A DNA stretch of 64,000 nucleotides from Dehalococcoidia bacterium (lineage in GTDB: Bacteria; Chloroflexota; Dehalococcoidia; DSTF01; JACRBR01): assembly GCA_040902505.1 (NCBI GenBank), contig JBBDXE010000032.1, positions 112,399-176,398 on the forward strand, read 5' to 3'. The translations under genes and the position numbers were made by a program. The notes under the pieces are model-generated. The model was not told where the DNA came from. It worked only from the letters and a program-made list of their open reading frames with translations, and did no database searches. The stretch's first letter is position 1. Every line of letters starts with the position of its first letter. Shown in pieces: positions 9,118 through 16,338 of the stretch.

Positions 9118-9151
9118 CCTGAATCCCTCTCCCTCTGTCGGGGACGTGAAT

Positions 9152-9171
9152 GTGCGGCCCTTCGGCCGCAC
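9152..9171 (-). other. 8-bp GC hairpin, either the 5' leader of the zinc-ribbon gene or a murJ terminator
   Basis: GTGCGGCC-CTTC-GGCCGCAC perfect stem. A TTGTGA-18-TATACT promoter-like pair (9205-9234, minus strand) lies just upstream. Confidence 0.3.
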
Positions 9172-9235
9172 TTCGGAAGATGCCAGCCAGTGACCACCGA
9201 CATCAGTATATCGGCCGCTATCCGGGGGTCACAAG

Positions 9236-10939
9236 TCAGGGCTTCCCCGAAGCAGATACGGGGAGACGCTCGCGGAACGGCGCAGGGAGGCGCTCGACCA
9301 GCATGGCGGCCTCCTCGCTGCGGAGCAGGCGGCTGGCGATGGCGAAGGCGGCGATGCCGAGCGCTCCACCCCCGGCGACGGCGAGGCCGGCGTCGATCTT
9401 CTGGTCGAGATCTAGGGCTCCGGCGAGGCGCAACAGCGCCAGCCACAGCGCGATCATCTCCGCCATGACGATCGTCGCGAGGAGCGTACGTCCGACGGAG
9501 ATCATCACACGTGCGGTGTCGACGCCGCGGAGCCGGCGGTCGAGCGTGCGGACGAGCATCGCGAACTCGAGGATCGTCGCGACGGACAGGGCGGCGGCGA
9601 GGCCGCGGACACCGAATTGCCACGTGAGCGGCACGGAGAGCACGAGGTTCACGGCCATGGACATCACGGCGAAGGCTACGGGCGTCCGCGTGTCGGAGAG
9701 GGCGTAGAAGCCGCGGCTGAGGATCTCGATGCCGGCGTGGGCGAAGAGGGCGACGGCGTAGAAGACCATCGCGGCGACGACGAGATCCGTCGACTCGGTG
9801 CCGAAGGCGCCGCTGCGCAGCAGGAACGCCGTCAGCGGCTTCGCGAGGATTATGAGCGCCACCGAGGCGGGGACGGTGAGGAAGAGGATGAGGCGCAGCG
9901 ACTTGGAGAGGGTCTCCTTCAGCTCCGTGTCGTCGCGGGCGGCCTGCTCGGCCATGCGGGGAAAGACGGCGGTCGAGATCGCCATGCCGAAGAGGCCGAG
10001 GGGCGTCATGACGATGAGCCACGCGTAGTTCACGGCGGAGATGGCGCCAGTCGCGAGCGTGGAGGCGAAGAACGTGGCGATGACGAAGTTCAGTTGGTAG
10101 GCGGCCAGCCCAAGCACGCGGGGGCCCATGAGGCGGCCCACCTCGCGGACGGCGGTGTCGCGCCAGTCGGAGACGGCCTGCCAGCGCATGCCCACCAGCC
10201 CGAGGGCGGGGAGCTGGACCAGCAGGTGCAGCAGGGCGCCAATGACGACGGCGAAGGCGAGCACCTTCACGTCGTCGGAGACGAGGGCGCCGACGATGAT
10301 GGCGGCGTTGTAGAACATGGGGGCGAGGGCAGGGGCGAGGAAGTGGTGGCGGGCGTTGAGGATGCCTGTGAGCATGCCGCTGACGGAGAAGAGGATGGGC
10401 GACAGCATCATGATGCGGGTGAGGTCGACGGCGAGGGACTGCAGCTCCTGCTCGCGGCCGGTGTCGTCGCCGAGGCCGGGGGCGGTGAGGGGGACGAGCA
10501 GCGGGGCGAGGAGGAGGCCGATGAAGGCGACGACGACGGTGGCTACGAAGACGAGGTTCAGGACGGACGAGGCGAGCCTCCAGGCCTCGCGGTCGCCACG
10601 GTCGGCGAGGACGCGGGCGAAGGTGGGGATGAAGGCGCTGCCGAGCGTGGCGCCGGCGAGCAGCTGGAAGATCAGGTCGGGCAAGCGAAAGGCGACGAAG
10701 TACGCATCGAGGGTGGAGCTGGTGCCGTACTCGTGGGCGATGACGACGGTACGGAGGAGGCCGAGCAGGCGGCTGCCGAGGAATCCGGCGGCGACGACGG
10801 CGGCGGCGGTGGCGAGGCTGGGCGGATCGTCGCGGGGGGCGGCGGCGGCGGGCGCGTCCGGGAAGAAGCGAGTCCGGAGGGTCCGCAGCACGGGCGCTCG
10901 CGACGGGGGGTGCGCCGGGTCCGGCATTCGGAGCATCAT
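9236..10939 (-). CDS. murJ: lipid II flippase MurJ (MviN family)
   Basis: 567-aa polytopic protein with MurJ-like N-terminal region FLGSRLLGLLRTVVIAHEYGTSSTLDAYFVAFRLPDLIFQLLAGATLGSAFIP. Confidence 0.85.
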   Translation of the reverse strand: MMLRMPDPAHPPSRAPVLRTLRTRFFPDAPAAAAPRDDPPSLATAAAVVAAGFLGSRLLGLLRTVVIAHEYGTSSTLDAYFVAFRLPDLIFQLLAGATLGSAFIPTFARVLADRGDREAWRLASSVLNLVFVATVVVAFIGLLLAPLLVPLTAPGLGDDTGREQELQSLAVDLTRIMMLSPILFSVSGMLTGILNARHHFLAPALAPMFYNAAIIVGALVSDDVKVLAFAVVIGALLHLLVQLPALGLVGMRWQAVSDWRDTAVREVGRLMGPRVLGLAAYQLNFVIATFFASTLATGAISAVNYAWLIVMTPLGLFGMAISTAVFPRMAEQAARDDTELKETLSKSLRLILFLTVPASVALIILAKPLTAFLLRSGAFGTESTDLVVAAMVFYAVALFAHAGIEILSRGFYALSDTRTPVAFAVMSMAVNLVLSVPLTWQFGVRGLAAALSVATILEFAMLVRTLDRRLRGVDTARVMISVGRTLLATIVMAEMIALWLALLRLAGALDLDQKIDAGLAVAGGGALGIAAFAIASRLLRSEEAAMLVERLPAPFRERLPVSASGKP

Positions 10940-10966
10940 ACTACGCCGGCGGCGAGCGGTCGAAGC

Positions 10967-10995
10967 TGGACAGAGCTGATAGGCGCCGGTAGCAT
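10967..10995 (+). promoter_or_regulatory. candidate sigma-70-type promoter of rpsT
   Basis: TGGACA (10967-10972), 17-nt spacer, TAGCAT (10990-10995), about 65 nt upstream of the rpsT start. Confidence 0.4.
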
Positions 10996-11040
10996 GACGC
11001 GCGTCCCTTCGGACGCGTGAGCGCGTCCTTCAGACGCGTC
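10996..11040 (+). promoter_or_regulatory. rpsT leader with four mutually complementary segments (alternative hairpins)
   Basis: CGCGTCC (11000-06), GGACGCG (11011-17), CGCGTCC (11022-28) and GACGCG (11033-38). Pairing can be 1:2 plus 3:4, or 2:3. Confidence 0.4.
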
Positions 11041-11058
11041 ATTCCAGGAGGCAGAACT

Positions 11059-11454
11059 GTGGCACATTCGAAATCAGCGCTCAAGCGCTGGCGCCAGAAC
11101 GAGAAGCGCCGCGCCCGCAACAAGCCCGTCCGGACGTCGGCGCGCACGTCGGTGGTGAAGGCGCGGGAGACGATCGGTACGGGGTCAGCCGAGGAGGCTC
11201 AGGCGGCGGTCCGCGAGGCGGCGAGCATCCTGGACCGGGCGGCGAAGCGGCACATCATCCACCCGAACTCGGCGGCACGCCGCAAGTCGCGGCTGGTGCG
11301 GCGGCTGAACGCCGCGGGCGCAGCGGGCGGCGAGGCGGATGCGCCGAAGAAGACGCGGCGGGCGGCGGCGCCGAAGGCGAAGTCTGCGGCGAAGCCGCGT
11401 GCGGCGGCGAAGAAGCCGGCGGCGCGGGGCCGGGCTTCCTCTAAGGACGCCTAA
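11059..11454 (+). CDS. rpsT: 30S ribosomal protein S20 with Ala/Lys-rich C-terminal tail
   Basis: GTG at 11059 after GGAGGCAGAACT gives (M)AHSKSALKRWRQNEKRRARNK. The tail reads AAPKAKSAAKPRAAAKKPAARG. Confidence 0.9.
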   Translation: MAHSKSALKRWRQNEKRRARNKPVRTSARTSVVKARETIGTGSAEEAQAAVREAASILDRAAKRHIIHPNSAARRKSRLVRRLNAAGAAGGEADAPKKTRRAAAPKAKSAAKPRAAAKKPAARGRASSKDA

Positions 11455-11502
11455 CAAGCCCCGTGGTGCAGTGCGGATGGGGAGTGCCACGATCCCCACT
11501 TA

Positions 11503-11757
11503 GTGTCGAATCGGGCTCGACTTCGTGCCGAAAGCCGGCGCGCGGCCGAGGCTGTCTGCATGCGCCGTTGGAACGATCTGTTCTCGACCCATCCGTCGAC
11601 GGAGCGGCGCATTCGGAACCTGCAGCGCCTGGAGTCGTCACCGCGGCCGCCGTTCCCCGAGGACTGGACCGATGTCGGGGACTTGGTGTGGCTGTTGCCC
11701 GCCGCCAGGTTGGGGATCGGGCTGTTCATGGCGGTGCTGGTTCCGGTACTGATCTGA
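11503..11757 (+). pseudogene. 3' remnant of a peptidase M48 (HtpX-like) gene
   Basis: Only the family's C-terminal signature is present (NDLFSTHPSTERRIRNLQRLE) followed by one TM helix. There is no HExxH-encoding sequence upstream, because rpsT ends only 48 nt before it. Confidence 0.45.
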
Positions 11758-12013
11758 ACTTCCCCGCAGTACCGCAAGGGAAGGTCAGGTTTTTCAGGGG
11801 GCAGGGCAAAGCCACAAACGTGTGCAGCGGCGAAGGAATGCTGGTCGAAGACCACCGCTTCGATACCCATCAGCCCCCAGGGCTGGTCCAGTAACCCAAC
11901 CACCCCAGCTACCGTTCGATCGACCAGAGACCAAGAACGGCATGAGCCACAACCATCACCGCCGCTCTAACCGCCGCAAAGGGTGACGCGAGACGGAGAC
12001 TGACCGACCTGAG

Positions 12014-14119
12014 TTACTGGCGACGCGCCTGCGACTCAGTCACTGGCTCAGCCTTAACCACGGCTTCCTTCGGCTGCCTGGTGCTCTGATCGATCTCGCC
12101 TAACCCCTCGGGATCCTCTTTGCCAACCAGCATGTTTAGGATCGTCCGAAGGTCCAAGTTCGAGTCGGCCCAGGTGAGATACCCCGCGAGTTCCGATACG
12201 TCAGAACAGATAAAATCCGCCCCATGTAGCGCACTGTCCGGCAGGAGCGAGTTGCCACGCAGTGCAAAGCACAGTAGCCCTGCCCCTCTTGCTGACTCTA
12301 TGCCATACGGCGCGTTTTCTACCACACAGCAGTCCTCTGCAGCGACTCCCAGACGTTCGACTGCCTTGGCGTACGGCTGCCGATGCGGCTTCCCATTCTT
12401 TGTGTCATCAGCTGTTATTTGGACATCAAAGAGCTTCAAGAAGTCGGGGCGCTTTGCGAACTTCGTCTCAAGAGACGTTGACCCAGTTACCAACCCAAGT
12501 CTCACGCCTTTAGACTTTAGTGATTTGATTAGATCCTCTATCCCGGGCATGATTTGCAAGTCGAACAGCCTTCTGTATTCTCGCTCTTTCGCGTCGGTGA
12601 TGCGTCTAATCGTCTCCTGATCGGGATCGCCGTCTCGATGCATTCGATACAGTGCTCGGGCCGTCTCATCCTTTTGTTCGCCTTCGCGCTTATATATCTC
12701 GACTGGATCAATGTCAATTCCAGCCGTTTTCCTAAAAGCTGTTACCCAGGCCCTCCGGTAAAAGTCCATGCTGTCAATCACGACTCCATCAAGATCGAAG
12801 AGCACGGCCTTTTGCGTCGTGAGCTTGCGCCATGCAAAGTCAAATCTTCCTTGATAAACTTCAAGCAAATGACGCTCGAAGATGGACTCGTCCTTCGCAT
12901 AGATTAGAAAGTTGCGCTCAGCTCCGACAAGCTCCATCGGGTGTGACGGATCGTACTTATACATGCCTATTAAAGCGCGTGGACTCTCGCCTACTAGATG
13001 AAAGATAAGCACGCGCGGTAACGGCTCCTCCTCGTAGAATCTAACGGCGAAGTTAACTTTGGGATTTGCTCGCGTGACTTCGGCTATCCCTGCAAGCGAG
13101 CCGATCACTTTTGCCCGCTTTCTCTGATCACGACCGGGGTTTCGAATTAGTAGGCGGATGCCCTTCGGAGTCGGGCTCTCCTCTAGACGAGAGCGAAGGC
13201 CCGAATCCAGAGTCTCATATGTGTAAAGCCACAGGTCAAGTTTCGAACTCTTCTCGAAAAGCCCATTGTCCTCAATGAAACGAAGAACATCCGGATCTTC
13301 CGCAGCGATCATATGAACAGCAGGTGGCTCTTCCGGTTGAACATGCATTTGACCCACGCGTTTGTCCCAAACGACCTCGTGAACCTTTACACTGTCCCTG
13401 AAACCTTTCAGCCTTCTCGCTTGGGGTGTGCCGAAACTAAGCCCGTTCTTGGGTGTAAACTGTCGTTTAACGTTCGCCGACACTAGGATCTGCCCCGGCT
13501 TCGCCAATCCGACCAATCGAGCCCCTCGATCGACAACGGAACCGTGCGGATCTGCGGGTACGCCCGTGAAATACTCCGCAAAGAGGACGCTGCCATAATC
13601 GATACCGATTTTGGCCTTGTACTTGTCGATCTGGCTGACAATGCCTTCATTGACTTGATGAAGATGCCGCTGGATGTCTGCGCCAATCTGAACGGCATCT
13701 TTGGCGGCAGACGGGCCCTCAACATATGCCAGGACACCGTCACCCAGGTACTTGCACAATCCGAAGGCCGTCAAACTCCTCTTGCGGACGAAGGATGCCG
13801 CGCGAGCCTCAAACACCTCTGCGACACGGCGATTGAAGGTAACGACCTTCTTGACGCCCAAGTCCATGCCGCGCTCGACCTTGTAGTCGGTGGACTGCGC
13901 CATGTCGACGAACATAATGGCAACATTGCGATGCCGCCGATTAACCCTCTCCCAGGCCTTGTCGATGCCTTCGAATTCGTCAATCAGAGACACGGGGGAG
14001 GCCCCAGTCGTCACGCGGCGGACACTCTTGGGCCGCGCGGGGAGCGGCTTCTTGCTCGCTTTTGCAGTACTTTTGCTAGCCACCTCCGAGACAGTACTGA
14101 AGGCAACATTGGCTGTCAA
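12014..14119 (-). CDS. fusion protein: class III nucleotidyl cyclase, uncharacterised (DUF5919-like) middle domain and HAD-IA phosphatase
   Basis: Cyclase motifs: NVAIMFVDMAQST, CKYLGDGVLAYV, GIDYGSVLF, GSVVDRGARLVGLAKPGQILVS. HAD motifs: AVLFDLDGVVIDS, LGLVTGS, GKPHRQPY, VVENAPYGIESARGAGL. About 50-53% GC against about 70% in flanking genes. The start is uncertain: TTG at 14119 or in-frame GTGs downstream, none with a good RBS. Confidence 0.75.
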   Translation of the reverse strand: MTANVAFSTVSEVASKSTAKASKKPLPARPKSVRRVTTGASPVSLIDEFEGIDKAWERVNRRHRNVAIMFVDMAQSTDYKVERGMDLGVKKVVTFNRRVAEVFEARAASFVRKRSLTAFGLCKYLGDGVLAYVEGPSAAKDAVQIGADIQRHLHQVNEGIVSQIDKYKAKIGIDYGSVLFAEYFTGVPADPHGSVVDRGARLVGLAKPGQILVSANVKRQFTPKNGLSFGTPQARRLKGFRDSVKVHEVVWDKRVGQMHVQPEEPPAVHMIAAEDPDVLRFIEDNGLFEKSSKLDLWLYTYETLDSGLRSRLEESPTPKGIRLLIRNPGRDQRKRAKVIGSLAGIAEVTRANPKVNFAVRFYEEEPLPRVLIFHLVGESPRALIGMYKYDPSHPMELVGAERNFLIYAKDESIFERHLLEVYQGRFDFAWRKLTTQKAVLFDLDGVVIDSMDFYRRAWVTAFRKTAGIDIDPVEIYKREGEQKDETARALYRMHRDGDPDQETIRRITDAKEREYRRLFDLQIMPGIEDLIKSLKSKGVRLGLVTGSTSLETKFAKRPDFLKLFDVQITADDTKNGKPHRQPYAKAVERLGVAAEDCCVVENAPYGIESARGAGLLCFALRGNSLLPDSALHGADFICSDVSELAGYLTWADSNLDLRTILNMLVGKEDPEGLGEIDQSTRQPKEAVVKAEPVTESQARRQ

Positions 14120-14130
14120 TCGGTAGTGGG

Positions 14131-14433
14131 TCAGCTTAAATCAGCCGTGACGGGCCGATCGCCGAGCAGTCCGGCGATCTCCTCTAGTGACCAGATACGA
14201 TCTGTCACGCCTGCGGCCATCGGTGGAGTCTCGCCGCCTAGCGTCTGGTGCAACCTCCCTGTCAGCGTGCTGTACATCCGCGCCCGGTAGTTGTAGAGCC
14301 CCAGCCCGTCGAAGTCCTCCTCCTTCTGGCCGGTGTACCAGCGGTCGGTCGCCCGGCCGTCGCCGGAGATCTCGCGCTCCGCCCCGAACGGCCAGTACTT
14401 GCGGGTGGAGACGACTTTGCCTTCGTTGCTCAC
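14131..14433 (-). pseudogene. chimeric remnant: RHS repeat-associated core segment joined to a transposase-like C-terminal tail
   Basis: YWPFGAERE...RWYTGQKEEDFDGLGLYNYRARMYSTLTGR resembles the end of an RHS/YD core. It runs directly into GETPPMAAGVTDRIWSLEEIAGLL, a motif I associate with the extreme C-termini of some IS transposases. GTG start without an RBS, 2 nt after the upstream stop. Confidence 0.45.
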
Positions 14434-14435
14434 GC

Positions 14436-14672
14436 CTATCGTTCGAGCCGTCCAAGCTTCCAGAAGTAACGTTCTCGTATGTCGGGTCGCAAGCCGTTTA
14501 GCCGCCCCACCTCTCTAACGGCAGCTGCCTTGTTGCGCAGGACGGTCTTGACCACGATGTCTTGCTCCGGGTCAAAGGGGGCCGATTCGTATTCATCGAC
14601 GCGAAATATCACGTACACGTGATCGTACTTCGCGTTCGGCCGCTCCTGTTGCCGCCCAGCACCATTCGTCAT
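14436..14672 (-). CDS. hypothetical small protein (78 aa)
   Basis: ATG preceded by GAGGGA. First gene of the co-oriented island unit. No motif recognised (YDHVYVIFRVDEY...RERYFWKLGRLE). Confidence 0.5.
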   Translation of the reverse strand: MTNGAGRQQERPNAKYDHVYVIFRVDEYESAPFDPEQDIVVKTVLRNKAAAVREVGRLNGLRPDIRERYFWKLGRLER

Positions 14673-14715
14673 CCAGTCCCTCGTGAGGTTCCCGATCCAT
14701 TCACCGTCCGCTCGT

Positions 14716-14745
14716 CATATACATCACTCGTTCTCCCGATGGCAA
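14716..14745 (-). promoter_or_regulatory. candidate promoter of the island transcription unit
   Basis: Minus strand reads TTGCCA (14745-14740), 18-nt spacer, TATATG (14721-14716), 44 nt upstream of the 78-aa ORF. Confidence 0.3.
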
Positions 14746-14802
14746 CGTCGTCATCAGGACGGAGGTGATCTGGCCGTGCTTCCGCATGGCGGGTCGTTAG
14801 GG

Positions 14803-15462
14803 TTAGCGGAAGAAGGTGAAGAGGCGGGTGGCGGGGGTGTAGGGGCGGGGCGGGGCGGTCAGGCGGTGGACGCCGACGCGGTAGCGGAGGTCGTCGGGGG
14901 CATCGTAGGCCACTTCCTCGTAGCCGGAGGCGGTGAACCAGTCGCGGATGGTGAGGGCGAAGTCGCGGTTGGGCTCGCGGCCGCGGGTCCACAGCACGGT
15001 CGCGCCGGGAGCGGCGAGCAACGGGAGGTGCTCGACGGTGCGGCGGACGTCCTCGTCCGGGACGTTGCCGAAGATGCCGCACGCCAGGATGATGTCCGCC
15101 GGGATGGCGGTGTCCGCGGGGACGGCGCCCTCGTAGCTGTCCGTCGTCCCGGCGTCGGCCTCAAGCACTTCGACGCGCTCGAGGCCGGCGGCGGCGGCCG
15201 CATCGCGCGCGACGGCGGCGTTCCGGGGGTCCAGCTCGACGAGGCGCGCGGCGATTTCCTCGCGGCGGGGGTGATCGGCGAGCACGCCGACCACATCGCG
15301 GCCCTCGCCGGCGCACATGCTGATGATGCGGAGGGGGCCGGAGTGGTCGTCGATGGCGCGGCGCAGGTGGTGCTGGACGACGGCCAGCCGGCGGGAGAGG
15401 TTGGAGGCGGGGTCGTCGTAGGCGTTGTGCCACTCGACCCAGTCGCGCGGTCCGGCCTGCAT
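14803..15462 (-). CDS. class I SAM-dependent methyltransferase
   Basis: Start at the ATG 9 nt after the rpsI stop (MQAGPRDWVEWHNAYDD). SAM-binding loop LRIISMCAGEGRDVVGVL. The ORF-track N-terminal extension would overlap rpsI. Confidence 0.7.
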   Translation of the reverse strand: MQAGPRDWVEWHNAYDDPASNLSRRLAVVQHHLRRAIDDHSGPLRIISMCAGEGRDVVGVLADHPRREEIAARLVELDPRNAAVARDAAAAAGLERVEVLEADAGTTDSYEGAVPADTAIPADIILACGIFGNVPDEDVRRTVEHLPLLAAPGATVLWTRGREPNRDFALTIRDWFTASGYEEVAYDAPDDLRYRVGVHRLTAPPRPYTPATRLFTFFR

Positions 15463-15470
15463 CGAGGCCG

Positions 15471-15872
15471 CTAGCGCTTGGTGTACTGCGGGGCCTTGCG
15501 GGCGCGCTTGAGGCCGACCTTCTTGCGCTCCTTCATGCGCGGGTCGCGCGTGAGGAGATGCTGGCGGCGAAGCGCCGGCCGCAGCGTCTCGTCGGAGGCA
15601 GCGAGCGCGCGGGCGATGCCGTGGGAGATGGCGCCCGCCCATCCGCTGATGCCGCCACCCTCGACGTGCACCTGCGTGTTGAACCGCTCGGCGGCTCCGG
15701 CGGCCTTCAGGGGCGCCAGGATGGCGTTCTGGTGCGAGCCGCGGGTGAAGATCTCCTGGTAGCCCTTGCCGTTGACCATGATCTCGCCGGAGCCCGGATA
15801 GAGGCGCACGCGCGCGACGGACGTCTTGCGGCGGCCGGTGCCGTAGAAATAGCGCTCACTCGCTGCTGCCAT
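15471..15872 (-). CDS. rpsI: 30S ribosomal protein S9
   Basis: YFYGTGRRKTSVARVRLYPGSG ... KKVGLKRARKAPQYTKR. Confidence 0.95.
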   Translation of the reverse strand: MAAASERYFYGTGRRKTSVARVRLYPGSGEIMVNGKGYQEIFTRGSHQNAILAPLKAAGAAERFNTQVHVEGGGISGWAGAISHGIARALAASDETLRPALRRQHLLTRDPRMKERKKVGLKRARKAPQYTKR

Positions 15873-15880
15873 CGATCCTC

Positions 15881-16330
15881 CTACGCGGTCGCCTCGCGAC
15901 CCTTGGGCTTGCCTTTGCCGGCGTTCACCTGCGCCGCGTGGGGGTGGTCGGGGCCGGGGTAGACCTTCAGGCGGCGGAGCAGCTTCGCGCCGTGCGCGTT
16001 GTGGGGCAGCATGCCCTTCACCGCGCGCTCGATCACCCGGTCAGGCCGCCTGGCCATCTCCTGCTCCTGTGTGACCGACTTCAAGCCGCCGGGGTACTGG
16101 GAGTGGCGCCAGTAGCGCTTCTCGCGGGTGTCGCCCGTGATCTTGACCTTCGAGGCGTTGACGACGACCACGAAGTCCCCGTTGGCCATGGATGGGGTGA
16201 AGGTGGCGCGCTTCTTGCCGCGCAGGGTGGCGGCGACATCGGACGCGAGACGGCCGAGCACCTTGCCGCCGGCGTCGACGACGTGCCAGCGCTCTTCGAT
16301 GTCTTTCGGCTTCAACGTATAGGTGGCCAT
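15881..16330 (-). CDS. rplM: 50S ribosomal protein L13
   Basis: MATYTLKPKDIEERWHVVDAGGKVLGRLAS. ATG at 16330 with GGGGAG upstream. A GTG at 16342 is an alternative start. Confidence 0.93.
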   Translation of the reverse strand: MATYTLKPKDIEERWHVVDAGGKVLGRLASDVAATLRGKKRATFTPSMANGDFVVVVNASKVKITGDTREKRYWRHSQYPGGLKSVTQEQEMARRPDRVIERAVKGMLPHNAHGAKLLRRLKVYPGPDHPHAAQVNAGKGKPKGREATA

Positions 16331-16338
16331 GCCCCTGA

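Noticed and set aside
9617-11020. 467-aa plus-strand ORF rich in G/E/D/H
   Set aside because: It is entirely antisense to murJ, which has a coherent polytopic membrane profile. The ORF product is low complexity.
11788-11813. Possible second, partial copy of the 3171-3318 element at the left border of the island (TTTTCAGGGGGCAGGGC)
   Set aside because: Only 7-10-nt word matches (TTTTCAG on one strand, CAGGGGGCAG on the other), in inconsistent orientation. That is not enough to call homology by eye.
11451-11903. 150-aa minus-strand ORF spanning the rpsT-island spacer
   Set aside because: It overlaps the M48 remnant on the opposite strand. No RBS or motif was recognised, and its composition changes along its length. 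It may contain a gene fragment, but I cannot support a call.
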